Assembly (NCBI RefSeq): GCF_963921235.1
Contig: NC_086097.1
Span: forward strand, 40,054,001 to 40,118,000
DNA from: Mobula hypostoma
Taxonomy: Eukaryota
Length of the DNA stretch: 64,000 nt
Reading direction: 5' to 3'
In this document: in pieces, positions 52,045 to 64,000 of the stretch
How the letters are laid out: every line of letters starts with the position of its first letter
Numbering within the stretch: position 1 is the stretch's first letter
Program-made: the position numbers and the translations under genes
The notes under the pieces: generated by a model
The model's database searches: none
What the model was told of the DNA's origin: nothing
The model's input: only the letters and a program-made list of their open reading frames with translations

Positions 52045-52325
52045 GACACCATGGTAGGGAATAGTTGTATGACATTATTACAGCTCAGGCCGCTCTGAAG
52101 TTTGGATTCAATTCTAGCACTGTCTGTACATTCTCCCCATGACCGCATGGGTTTCCTCCGGATCTTCCAGCTGCTGCCCACAGTGCAAAGATGTACTGAT
52201 TAGTAGGTTAATTGATCATTGTAAATTGACCTGTGATTAGATTAGTGTTAAATAGGTGGGTTGATGGATGGTGTGGCATATTGGTTTGGCAGGGCCTGTT
52301 CCGCACCGTATCTCTAAATAAATAC
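52045..52325 (+). mobile_element. HE1-like SINE
   Basis: GGATTCAATTC B box; GGGTTTCCTCCGG core; CTCTAAATAAAT tail. Confidence 0.7.
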
Positions 52326-53839
52326 GTTGATTACTTCAAACTTGTGTTGATATTACCAGCAGCTTTCATTACCCCAAGCTGTTGCTCATAGCAGTCAGGT
52401 CGCAAGGAGGACGCCTCGACAGCAACCTTATGTTCAAAGTGAGGGCAAAGCAGCGCATTACGTCTGTAAAATATTAACTTTGAAACGTGAGGCAAGCTGG
52501 CAACATCTACCTGATTGCCTGGAGTTCAGCAGTACAAGGAATAAATTGTAAAAGCAGAACTTCCCTGCAGTGTAATTCACAGTGTGCATGCTAATGACCA
52601 TTCTTGATATTAATGGTTTTTAATGTTCCATTACTGCCAAAGTCAGGATTAACTCCTGACAGTAATTGCCTGGTTATTGTTTTCCATTCTCCTTTCCAAG
52701 AATCTTTGCCCTTAGATTGGCTATATTTCTCAATTATTTCCAAATCTTTCCTCAGTCATTGCAGTTTTCATGTTTTGAAGTTGACAGAAGTTGACAATTG
52801 ATCCCAAATCTCTTGCAACCACAGTTATTGGTTTCTGCTATTGCAGCTCTCTAGCACTGCTTGCCAAACTTTATTCTAGTGCATCAATTAAAACTTACTT
52901 TTCCAAATATAAATGAAAATAAATCATTTCACTGCTGTTGTCACTACAGTGATAAAGGCAATTATCTCAATTGTCAGTCACAACTGATCACTGACATTTG
53001 AATTCCCGAATAATAATGTTAATTCTGACCTCAAGACTGTTCTTGTCTCAGATTTATTTTGTTTCCAGAATCATTGCAATATTCCTCAGAAAAAGGTGAG
53101 AGAAATTGTATGTATGTTCATTTTAGTCTGTTTTACAGGAAGGCATTAGTATCCGCAGTCAGATATTTCATATGTTGGGCAGTTCGTGGAAATAATTTGT
53201 TCCCGAGAGTCACATCTTGAATATTTCTGGTTCCTGCAACCTCCTGGTAGACTCCCACCTGCTTTCCATCTGTATGTGAGAAGTGGCTCTCAGAAAGGAC
53301 GTGTTGGTCTTGAAGGAGGTCACTTGCTGAAAATGACCATGGTGAGGGCGGACTGCATGGTTTAATTCTTGGACCATAAATATATACAGGGTTAATCCAA
53401 CTGATCTTCGCAAAGTGCTTAAGGATCTGTGAAAGCAGACAGATATTTGGTTTGTAAGTCCAGAAAGTAAGAGAACAACATAAAGTTTGGGCTGCTCCAT
53501 GCAGGCTGCTATCAGGAAGATGTTTTTCACATCGCTCAATGAAACCTGGAACTCTGTCTCCTAGAACTTTTTCTGTTCAGCTCATCAGGTTCATGTCAAC
53601 TCCCAGGGAAACAATGCCATTAGTCCCTTTTCCCTTTCCTTATTTCTCTACTCTTGCAAATTATTCTCTTTCACATTGGCCCAAAGTCAGGATTGAAGCT
53701 GAAACCCTCAAATTTTTTATGTGAGCAGAACTTAAACCAATAAAGGTCTGGTCATTACCCTGGTGGAAGATCACCAATGTTTATTTGTGGAAGATCAAAT
53801 GATCTAACCGTGGCACTTGGACAGGTGCATGGACAGAAA

Positions 53840-54243
53840 AAAAACAGGAGGGAGATCAGTAGGAGGGATGAATGGACAAGGGAGTCGCATAGCGAGTGAT
53901 CCCTGTGGAAAGTGGGGAGGAGGGATAGATGTACTTGGTGGTGGAATCCCGTTGGAGATGTTGGTAGTTGCAGAAAATTATGTGCTGGATGCAGAGGCTA
54001 GTGGGGTGGTAGGTAAAGACAAGAGGGACACATCCCTGATGGGGTGGTGGGAGGATGGGGTGAGAAAAGACATGTGGATGAGGGCAGCGTTGATGGTGGT
54101 GGAAGGAAAGCCCACCATTTTGAAGAAGGAGGACATCTCATTAGTTCTGGAATGAAAAGCCTCCTTCTGAGAACAGATGTTGTGGAGATGGAGGAACTGA
54201 GAGAAAGTGATGGCATTTTTACAAGTGATAGGGTGGGAAGAGG
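53840..54243 (-). mobile_element. Older Penelope fragment
   Basis: Homologous to 49790-50088. Confidence 0.8.
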
Positions 54244-55103
54244 TGTTTATTTAGGAGATATTTTTGAACGCTTCTTGTAAGATTCCACAAACTAGACAAT
54301 ATTTGTGCGTCATTAAGCCCATCACTGAACTGACAAAGTTCAGACAACTTCTTCAAATCAGCCACGTATACTGAAATAGACTCCCCTCTCTTCTGATTAC
54401 ACTTATAAAACCTAAAGTGTTCTGCAATCAACAATGGTTTAGGTTCTAAATGTTCCTGCATTACTTTCCTGATAGCAGCAAAGTTCATTTCAGCTGGTTT
54501 GGTTGGAGTATTTAAACTGTATGCTCTTTCACCCATTACACTCGACAAAACTGGCACTTGTTTTACATCTGCTATTCCATTTGCTTCAAAATACTTCTAG
54601 ATTTGTACAGTGTACATGATCTAGTCATCTGATTTGCAATCAATCATGTCTATCTTTCCGATGTAGCCAGCCATTTCTACTTGCTTTTTTAAATTTTATT
54701 ACTACTATCACCCACTAATCACTGTTAAAGAACTTGTAAATTTTGTCCATTTTCTGTGCTTTTTTAAAAAAAACTCAAACTTCTCCTTCTCCATAGAAAA
54801 ATCATTCTGTGCTTTTTTAAAAAAAAACTCAAGTGTCTCATTGTACTTCAACAGGTGGGTGGTCATCTTGGGTTTGTTTTAAAACTTACTCATCGCCACT
54901 TTTATGTTTTGCAACAAACTGCATGTATACCACATTTTTTACTTTTAGTGAGACATGCATATATGACTGGTAGAGTAATAATGTATGCCATTCATTTTCT
55001 CTTACAGATAACCCATAATGAATAATGTAAACCACAAAGAATGTTTAATCAAATGATATATTTATAATATTACTCATATATTAATGAAATATTAAATACA
55101 ACA
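54244..55103 (-). mobile_element. Gypsy 5' end (LTR 54901-55103, PBS, gag), same family as 17980
   Basis: ORF 54219..54557 (EHLEPKPLLIAEHFRFYK); PBS GTGGCGATGAG on minus strand at ~54889-54899. Confidence 0.88.
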
Positions 55104-55939
55104 GTACTCCTCAAAGGGTCCTACCTTTTCCAACATCCATTCTCAACTCCTGCTCGACATTAGTTTAACAATATGGGTAATATTTGCTGAGCTCATTATT
55201 TCTGTTGCTAACACAACAGGATTACACTGCTGAATTTGTATTATATGCTCTAGCCCTCAATGAACTGATGGTGTTGCAGGTAATCCCAACAGGTGAACAG
55301 TTACACATATTCTAAAACTTTGGATTAATGCCCTTCCATCACACGGTCACATGCTTTTAACTATAAGCAGTCACTGTGTACATGTATGCACAGAATGAAG
55401 GAGTCTGGGTATCGTTGGGAGTAAGTGCGTACAATGATATGGATTTTGTTGTCAATACTGAAGAACAAAGCCCCCTGTACATGTTGAACAAAATTTTCAA
55501 TGAGTTGCAGATCACAGACTTTCTCTATTCAGATGTCAGACTGAATTTGGCACTTTGCCACTAAAAATGTTTGGCAGCGAGTAACAGCAGAGAGCATTCC
55601 TCCATTCCAGCACATTGGCATTAATGTACTATATCAATAACCAATGCACAAAATAAACTCACAGGGAACATACTATCTATGAGAAATATCCAAGGTTTAA
55701 AATAGTGAGTGAAGTTCACATTGACTCATTCTAAACTCATGCACTTCAAACCTAATATGCAAATCAACATTATTCTATAAATGTTTTGTTTTAAATTTGT
55801 TTGAATTAAAGAATTTAACCATATAATATTAAATTATGTGCGCCCCCCCACACACACACGCGCGCACACAAACATGTGACACAGTTTTACATAGCACATG
55901 CCAAAATGTTACTTAGCTAAAAAACAATGTTAGATCGAA

Positions 55940-56670
55940 GTTCAAAGTACATTTATTATTCAAGTATGTTTACCATATACAGCTTTGAGATTCACCTTCT
56001 TGCAGGCAGCCACAAAACAAAGAAACAATAGAACTCCACAATAACCCCACACCACAAAGACAGTTATACATCCAATGGGCAAAAAAGAAAGAATAAATTG
56101 TGTAACAATAATGACAAACAAACAAGCAATCGCAGAGACCCCAAAGGAAGGTCTACAGCCACGGAGACACTTTGGTGCTGCAGCTGATTGAGGAGCTCCA
56201 TGTTTGCAGGACATAGTTGCAGAGCCAGCTTCGGTACTGAGGTGAGTGTGGATGGCTGCAGGCCGTAACTGCCGAGTCAGTTCAGTGAGAAAAGCCCCCT
56301 ACAGTAGTGAGCTGAACACCACTCTCGACTTTAACACATTAATCTTGTTGATCTGGCTCGGCACTTAAATCGGCTAAACATCAGTTCATCATCCACTCTC
56401 AGGCTCAGTCCAGTCCAAAGATTCAGTCTGACTCTGGTCTCTACTGCGGCTGTACCTGCAATCTCGAGAGTCTAGTTCGCTGAATATTTCTGGATACCAC
56501 AAAAAAAAAGTCAGGTCGTACAGACGGTTCAAAGGCACACCTCCCAGCAAGAAATTACAGTCTGAGGATTGCTGTGATCCTAGTCTCTAAATGTATATTC
56601 AGCAGAATTGCTAATAGTTTCATTTGCGGCCTGCAAAGCATCGCGGTGTCTTGCCAATGCCATCTTTGCA
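55940..56670 (-). mobile_element. Non-autonomous LINE-tailed element
   Basis: Rex-type tail at 55940; AAGATGGC start on minus strand ~56666. Confidence 0.45.
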
Positions 56671-57069
56671 GCAAGATTGGGTCATAATAAAGCCCACGTA
56701 TAGAGTATGTTCATTTAATGTTAGTCAGCACACTTCAGGAAGGATATAAAGGTGCAAGGAAAGATGCAGAAGAACAGATGCTTGAGGGATTTGAGTTGTA
56801 TGGTTAGAGAGAATGATTGGTTTAGATCAAGACTGACTTTGAATGGACAAAGAGATGCGTAGATAAAGATCCAGAGGAAACAAACAAAGTGAAGGATAAA
56901 CAATATGAGGGGTTGAAGGATGTGAGGAAAATGGCTCTTGTCTCTAAAGAGCGGTAGGCAGAGTCAGTTAAGGGCTACTAAAGTAAATTGAAATGGCATC
57001 TGAGGAAAAGTAATTCAGAGGGCTGCAGAGAAAATGCAAGAATAATGGAATAAATAGGTCACTGCAGAG

Positions 57070-59610
57070 ATTCAAAGTACATTTATTATCAAAGTACACA
57101 TATGACACCTTACACTACCCTGAGATTAATTTTCTTGTGGAAATTTACAGTAAGCACAAAATAAACTCAACAGAGTCAATGAAAAACTGCACATAAGGAG
57201 AAGCAACCAATGTGCAAAAGAAAACAAGCTGTGCAAATACAATATAGAAAAAAAACCACAAAATATAATAGTTGTAAGTAAATAAATAAATAAATAATAA
57301 ATATTGAGAATATGATTTATAGAATCCTTGAAAGTGAGTCCATAGGTTGTGAAATTTGTTCAGTGTTGGGGTGAGTGAACTTATCCACTCTGTTTGAGGG
57401 GTAAAAACTGGTGCTGTGGGACCAAAGGCTCCTGTTACTCCTTCCTAATGGCAACAGCAAGAGTACAGCATCGCCTGGATAGTGGGGTCCTTGATGATGG
57501 ATGTTGCTTTCCTGCAACAGTGCTTCTGTGCGGCAGTGTGGCTTTTCTGTTTAATCGTGTTGGTGTTTCCCTACCACGCCGTGATGCAACGAGTCAGGAC
57601 ACTCGGCATCTATTGAGGTTTGTCAGAGCTTTAGATGACGTGTCAAATCTTCACAAACTTCTTAGAAAGCGGAGGCATTGCCATGCATCCTCTGTAATGA
57701 CACTTGCATGCCAGGCTCAGGACGGATTGCCTGAAATGATAACACTGGGGAATTTAAAGTTGCTGCCCCTCTCCACCTCTCATCCCCTGATGAGGTCTGG
57801 CTTCTTGCACCTTCAGTTTACTCCTCCTGAAGTCAATAATCAGCCCTTTGGCTTTGCTGACATTGAGTGAGAAGTTGTTGTTGTAGGACCACTCAGCCAG
57901 ATCCTCACTCCCCTCCGACTGTATATGCTGATTCATCACCAGCTCTGATTTGGCCAGCAATAATGGTGTCATCAACAAAGTTAAATATGGCATTTTAGCT
58001 GTACTTAACTTCACAATTATAAGGGTGGCACGGTAGCGTAGTGATTAGCACAATGCTTTACAATTGAATTGAATTGACTTTATTTCTTACATCTTTCAAA
58101 TACATGAGGAGTAAAAATCTTTTTGTTATGCCTCAGTCTATATGTGCAATCTGCAACTTATAGTAATTTATCATAAATAGTAGGTATAAAAGGACAGTCA
58201 ATATAACATGGGAATCAATTGTATCAGCATGATTTAATCAGTCTGATGGCCTGGTGGAAAAAGCTGTCCCAGGGCCTGTTAGTTCTGCCTTTTATACTCT
58301 GTGTCCTCGATAGTAGCAGCTGGAACAGTTTGTGGTTGGGGTGACTTGGGTCCCCAATGATCCTTTGGGCCCTTTTTACACACCTGTTCTTGTAAATGTC
58401 CTGAATCATGGGAAGTTTGCAACTACAGATGATTAGGCTAGGGTTAAATCAGGGGTTGCTTGGTGACATGGCTCAAAGAACCTATTCCGCTCTGTATCAC
58501 AGTAAAAAAAATGGAATAAAGTACGAAGTGAGTACAGCATGGTGGCTCATTGAGGCTGATGATGATTGTGGTGGAGATGTTGCTGCCAATACAAACTGAC
58601 CGTGGTCTGCAAGTGAAGAAATCGTGGATCCAGTTGAACAAGGAGCTATTGAGGCCTAGATTTGGTGCCTGTTATTTAGTTTTGAGGGGCTGATAGTGTT
58701 GACTGCAGAGCTGTAGCCAAAATAGAGCATCTTCACTGTCCAGACAATTACAGGGTTGAGTGAAGGGCGGGAGTTGACATGCTTCATCACCAGCATCTCG
58801 AGGTTTTTCATCACAGTGGATATAAGTGCTACTGGATGATAATCATTGAGGTAGGTTATCACGTCGTTCTTGGACACTGGTATAATTGGAGCCTGCTAGA
58901 AGCAGGTGGATACCCCAGTTTGCTGAAAGAAGAGGTTAAGGATATCAGTATAAAACAGGATCTGGAGCCAAAGCATAACTTTGGTCTAATTGTTTCAACT
59001 GATTAGCTAATTCAATTCTCTCCTTACTAGCTTTTATCTTAACACTTGCGGTAAAAGAAATAATTTGACCTCTAATATAAGCCTTAAAAGCATCCCATAA
59101 AATAAGACTAGAAGTCTCTTCTAGCATATTCTCTTCAAAAAAACAGGATAATTTGTCTCTCCAAAAATTTTTAAAAATCTTTACCTGATAACAAAGTAGG
59201 ATTAAAACGCCAGAATCTGTTTATTTGGGAGACAACCAGAAGATTTAAAGATAAAAACACAGGAGCATGATCTGAAACAGCAATTTCTTTATATTCACAA
59301 GATCAAACTAACAGAATCAATTGGCCATCAACAAAAAAATCAATCCTGGAATATGTATGATGAATACCGCACATCTCGACCAGCTGAACCATTTGAGCTG
59401 GTTGCTTTCCATGGCTTCACTCTGTTGAAGGATACTCTCACTTTATCCACAGAGGCTAATATCATAGGGTTGTCATGGGTTCTGGGAATGCATGAAGGTG
59501 TCTCTACGTTCTGTCAGTCAAAGCGAACGTAAAAGGCATTGAGTTCATCTGGAAGCAAAACTTTGTTGACACATATGTTGCTTGGTTTTAATTTGTAGAA
59601 GGTGATTGCA
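57070..59610 (-). mobile_element. Degraded Rex1/Babar LINE with nested SINE, second Rex tail and L1 fragment
   Basis: LNDYHPVALISTVMK (58656..58877); SINE head 58022-58062 and tail ~58430-58520 split by Rex tail 58063-58421. Confidence 0.75.
58946..59365 (-). mobile_element. L1-clade ORF2 endonuclease/linker fragment
   Basis: HTYSRIDFF, SDHAPV, WRFNPTLL, LILWDAFKAYIRGQIISF. Confidence 0.88.
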
Positions 59611-60549
59611 CAGCATGGCCAGATGGGCAGAAATGCTTCACTTCATGAAAATCAAATAAGACTCTTATGATTTCAGTTGAAGATGGAATATTCTTCACAA
59701 CCAAACTCTTGTGAAATTGGTATAATTACTAATCAGATCAGGTACATTTGAAAATAAATTGTTAATGTGCAATGAAACAGTGTCTTAGGAGCCAGATAAT
59801 AGAAGTTTAGCCTGGCTGCCAATAATAAAACTGACAGCTGTCTGTCTACATCACACTTACATCACTAACTACCCTGCGAGTGGTTTTGGAAGTTTGTGTC
59901 TGTGCACCATTTCCCTTTGTGTTGAAAGAATGTTACTGCTGGCCATCACTATCCATTTGCTTTTTGTCCAGATCATGGCAGGAGCCAAACAGATGCTTCT
60001 GCCTCAGCTCTCTTAGGAATCTGGCAGCAACTGACTGCAAGCATGTTAAAGTGGGCACAATTCACTCGGATGCAATCCAATGGAACAAGCTGAAAGGCTT
60101 GAGCTACCATTGTGTCCTAAATGCTTTTCACCCTGATCACTATGTGCTTTGAGGTAGATAGCAGTTTGTGTGAGTGTGTTTATCTTTGCAATGTCCTGAA
60201 ATAAGATTATTTTACTAAAGCTGTTTGCATTCATGTTTTGCCCAAATAAACATGTGGACCTGAGCCATAGCTGATTACTCAGTGCTTCACTTTCCTAAGA
60301 AGGAAGCCCACAGTATGTCATAGTATTCACTTTGCCATTGTCTAGTGACTGTATCCATTACTTCAGTGTGCAAACAGCGAAATGACAACAGATTTACCAG
60401 TTTAGCTCAGTTCATGAAGTGTGCTGCGTGCAGCAGATCAAGAGCTGCTGTTTCACTCTGAGTTAATTTGTTCAGCATGATCTGCTTACCACAAATACAT
60501 GAATTTCATTTTCTTCACAAACTAAATAGAAAATATTAGTATAGAGTAT

Positions 60550-60880
60550 CGTGGAGTCATAGATCACTCCATCACATCTACTGTGTCTGTGCTGAATTGT
60601 TACCCTGCCTAGTCCCATTGACCTGTACCTGGATCATAGTCCTCCATACTCCTCCCATCAATGTAATTATCCAACTTTCTCTGAAATGTTGAAACCAAAC
60701 CCACATCCACTACTTCCACTGGCAGTTAGTTCTGCACTCTCATTACCCTCTGCGAGGAGAAGCTCCCTCTCAGGTTCTCCTTAAATAATCCTCTTTTCAT
60801 CCTTAACCCATGACCCCTAGTTCTAGTCTCACCCAACCTCAGCAGAAAAAGCCTGCTTGCATTTACCCTATCTACAGTTC
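60550..60880 (-). mobile_element. CR1 3' fragment
   Basis: Homologous to 1920-2190. Confidence 0.8.
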
Positions 60881-61149
60881 TTGTATGCTGCCCATTACAC
60901 CACTGGTGTTTAGGGCATCAATGAAGGTCCTCCATCTCTGCTGGTGTTTGGGACTTCCTTCATCATGTCAGTAGGTCCACTATCTATAGTATATCCCTCA
61001 TAAATACATATTACGAGAGGCAGTGCCTTTTAAAAGATTCTCAATCAAGTTTTACTAAGTGTTCTGGGATACAATTCCATGCACACAACCAGCATAAAAT
61101 ATGTAACTCAACTTTCACCCTTGAAATATAATTCAAAATTACAAGCTGG

Positions 61150-61670
61150 AACTGGGTTGAAAACAAGTGACTTTCATAGCCCAATGGGGAGATTATGGTG
61201 TAACTTTATAAAACACATTCAGCCCACACTTGAAATAATATGTGCAGTTCTGGTGATAATGCTATCAGAAAGATGTGCTCTTGCTGGAGAAAGTACAAAA
61301 GAGATTCATCATGATGTTGCCTGGATTGGAGGACTTTAGTCGTGGGGAGAGATTTTTTTTCCTGACGTGAAGGTGGGTGTGAATTGACCTGATGGATATT
61401 TATAAGGTTATGAGAAACATTGATGGTATGAATAAGATAGACAGTCAAAATTCTTTTCCCTATGTTTGGCACAGACATGGAGAGATGAAGAACCTATTTC
61501 TGTACAACCCTGTGTTTCTATGATAAACGCCAATGCACAGTGGCCAGATACTGAACAGTGTAAAGGAATCAAGAAACCTTGAAGAGCATAGCCACAGTTT
61601 CCTGAAGGTAGCAAGACAAGTAGGTAAGGCAGTTAAGGAAGCATGTAGAAAACTTGCCTTTATTGAACAA
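61150..61670 (+). mobile_element. Rearranged old CR1 fragments
   Basis: CAGCCCACACTTGAAATA..GTGCAGTTCTGG and later upstream RT remnants. Confidence 0.6.
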
Positions 61671-62697
61671 TGTAGTGTAATCAATATTTCAGTAACATTT
61701 CAGTAATGTTGCAAATTTATTGTTTGATTAAGCATTCTTTGTTTGTTCACATAACTCATAATGGGTTATATGTAAGAAGTATGTGAATGGTATGTGTCAT
61801 TAGTGACCATGTCATATGTGCATGCCTCACTAAAGAAAAAATAAATAGACAAAACATATCCAGCTTCCTGCATTTTTTTTTTCAATTAGCTTCTGGCGTT
61901 ACGAAAGATAACAGTGATGACAAGGAAGTTTTAAAATGAGTCCGAGATGACTACATAGCATGTTGTTTTTCACAACTGGAGAGAGACTGTCAAATTAAAA
62001 AAAAATACAGCAGCATGCTTTTCTTTGGGGGAGGGTGGAGAGAAGTTTTAGTTAGAAAAGAATGTGACATGCGTTTCTTTGGAAGTCGAGAGAGACAGTC
62101 GAGTTAAAAAAAAGGCAGGAAGTAGACAAAATTCACAGGTTCATAAACATTGATAATAATAAGAGAAAAGCAGAAATGGCTGCTACATTGGAAAGATTGA
62201 TTTGTTCGATTGCACAGCAGATAACTGGTTGATGTATACTGAATGAATTGAGTAGCATTTTGTGGCAAATGAAATAGCCAACAAAAAACGAGTGCCAGCG
62301 TTACTTAGTGCAATATGCGGAAAAGCATGCAGTTTGCTTAGAAGTTTAAATGCTCCAACCAAATCAGCTGAAATTAGCTTTGCTGATATCGTGACATAAT
62401 GGAGGAACATTTAGAACTGAAATCATTGTTGATTGCAAATCACTTCAGGTTTCATAAATGGAATCAAAAGAAAGGGGAGTCTATTTTGGCTTATATGGCT
62501 GGATTGAAGAAATTGTCTGTGTATTGTCAGTTCAGTAAAGGGTTTAATGATGCACTGAGAGATCACTTATTTTGTGCAGCCTTACAAGAAAGCATTCAAG
62601 AATTGCTCCTGACTGAAGCACAACTCACATTTAAAGGAGTAGTTGAAATCACTGTATCAATGGAAACCAGTGAGGATGACAAGGAACATTTCCAAAG
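61671..62697 (+). mobile_element. Gypsy 5' end (LTR 61671-61913, gag), same family as 17980 and 54244
   Basis: gag ATG at 62176; ORF 62399..62758 (FRFHKWNQKKGES, LLTEAQLTF). Confidence 0.88.
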
Positions 62698-63294
62698 CCC
62701 CCAGTTTCTTTCTCCTGTAGTCAATAACCAGTTCTTAGGTTTTTCTAGCATTGGATGAGATGTTACTGTGACACCACTTAACCAGCTTTTCAATCTCCAT
62801 CTTATATCTTGATTTCTCACCACCTTTGATTCAGCCAACAACAGTAGTGCCATCTGCAAACTAAAATACAGCATTGGAGCTGTATTTAGCCACACAATCA
62901 TAGCTATATAATGTGTAAAGCAGGGCACTAAGCTCACAATCCTGAACATACAATTCAATGATTTCACCTCCACTTTTCTCTGTGGTAGTGAATTCTAAAG
63001 ATTTGTGATTCTCTGAGACAAGAGATACTTCCTTATTTTTGGGTAAAATGGCTGCTTCCTTACTCTTAAACAATTGCTTTTGTTCCTGGTATTGAGATGA
63101 AAATTGTACAAAGTACATAAGGTTAAATCTCTGCAGTGGCATGGAAGCATTAACACTTTCCAATTGCAATCTGGAATAATTTTCCCTCTTTATTCAGGGA
63201 TGCCAAGGACAATTAGCAAACATGAGGGAAGTCATATTTTGCAGATGTATGAAATGTGGAGATGATAAATGTTTCAAGAAATTGATTTTCAAAA

Positions 63295-63773
63295 AGTGAG
63301 GCTCCACTACCACTGAGAGCGCCCTGACAAGCTGCATCTCCATCTGGTATGGGAGCAACAGAGCATCAGACCAGAAACCCCCACAAAAGACTATAAGAAT
63401 GGCTGAAAGGATTATAGTGGTCTCCCCACCATTCATCATGGACACTTATCAGGAGTACTGCAGATGCTGGGCCCTTAGTATTATTAAGGATCCCACTCAT
63501 CCTTCTAGCATCCTCTCTGACATTCTTCCCTCATCCCTTTAGATTTCTGAACTCCCTGCTGCACCACATCCGAAGTGTCACCAGATAACTTGTACTTTAC
63601 CCAACTGTACTTTACCCAACAATGGTTAATTTACGCTCTCTACTTTGTTTATCTATGCACAAGTCATTTGTAGATTTAATTCTTACTTTCCTAAGCTATT
63701 GTGTGTTATGTGTACTACTGTGCTTTACATCTTGGTCCAGAGAAATGTTGTCTCATTTGATGGTATACATGTA
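63295..63773 (+). mobile_element. Rex1/Babar 3' fragment
   Basis: ESALTSCISIWYG, IIKDPTHPS remnants. Confidence 0.75.
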
Positions 63774-64000
63774 CAGTGGTGCTAGAAAGCTTGTGAACCC
63801 TGTAGAATTTTCTCTAATTCTGCACAAATATGACCTAAGGTGTTATCAGGTCTTCACGTAAGTCCTAAAACTAGATCAAAAGAACACAATTAAATAAATA
63901 ACACAAAAAACATTACACTTGTTCACTTATTGAGAAAAATGATCCTACATTACATGTATTTGTTGGAAAATATGTGAACTTCTGGGATAATGCCTTCTAC
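63774..64000 (+). mobile_element. Tc1-like transposon terminal inverted repeat, running off the window
   Basis: TA|CAGTGGTGCTAGAAAGCTTGTGAACCC start; internal repeat ATATGTGAAC near 63972 as in IR/DR elements. Confidence 0.7.

Noticed and set aside
1..64000. Prokaryotic-type systems (CRISPR, retron, operon) or endogenous non-retroviral virus genes
   Set aside because: No repeat-spacer array or operon structure; every RT here is assignable to a LINE, Gypsy or Penelope family.

Overview
Eukaryotic, AT-rich, repeat-dense DNA. The repeat content (CR1/HER1-type LINEs, HE1-like tRNA SINEs, Rex1/Babar, Penelope, L2, Gypsy, Tigger, mariner, Tc1) suggests a cartilaginous fish, probably a ray or shark; this is inferred, not searched. 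I recognise no host protein-coding gene, structural RNA gene or CRISPR array, so the window reads as intergenic or deep-intronic. All long ORFs belong to transposable elements, many nested inside one another. The most unusual items are: (1) a Gypsy derivative whose RT/RNase H/integrase region is replaced by an unrecognised reading frame that rejoins in frame once a later solo LTR is removed; (2) an L1 5'-only insertion with a perfect target-site duplication (TSD) and no poly(A), consistent with internal priming; (3) two RNase H-bearing Nimb/I-group LINE copies stacked head-to-tail at the same CAGTAT site; (4) a young CR1 whose retained ORF2 is broken only by a 7-bp duplication; (5) several palindromic transposon derivatives. 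Family calls come from motif recognition, and boundaries of old repeats are approximate.
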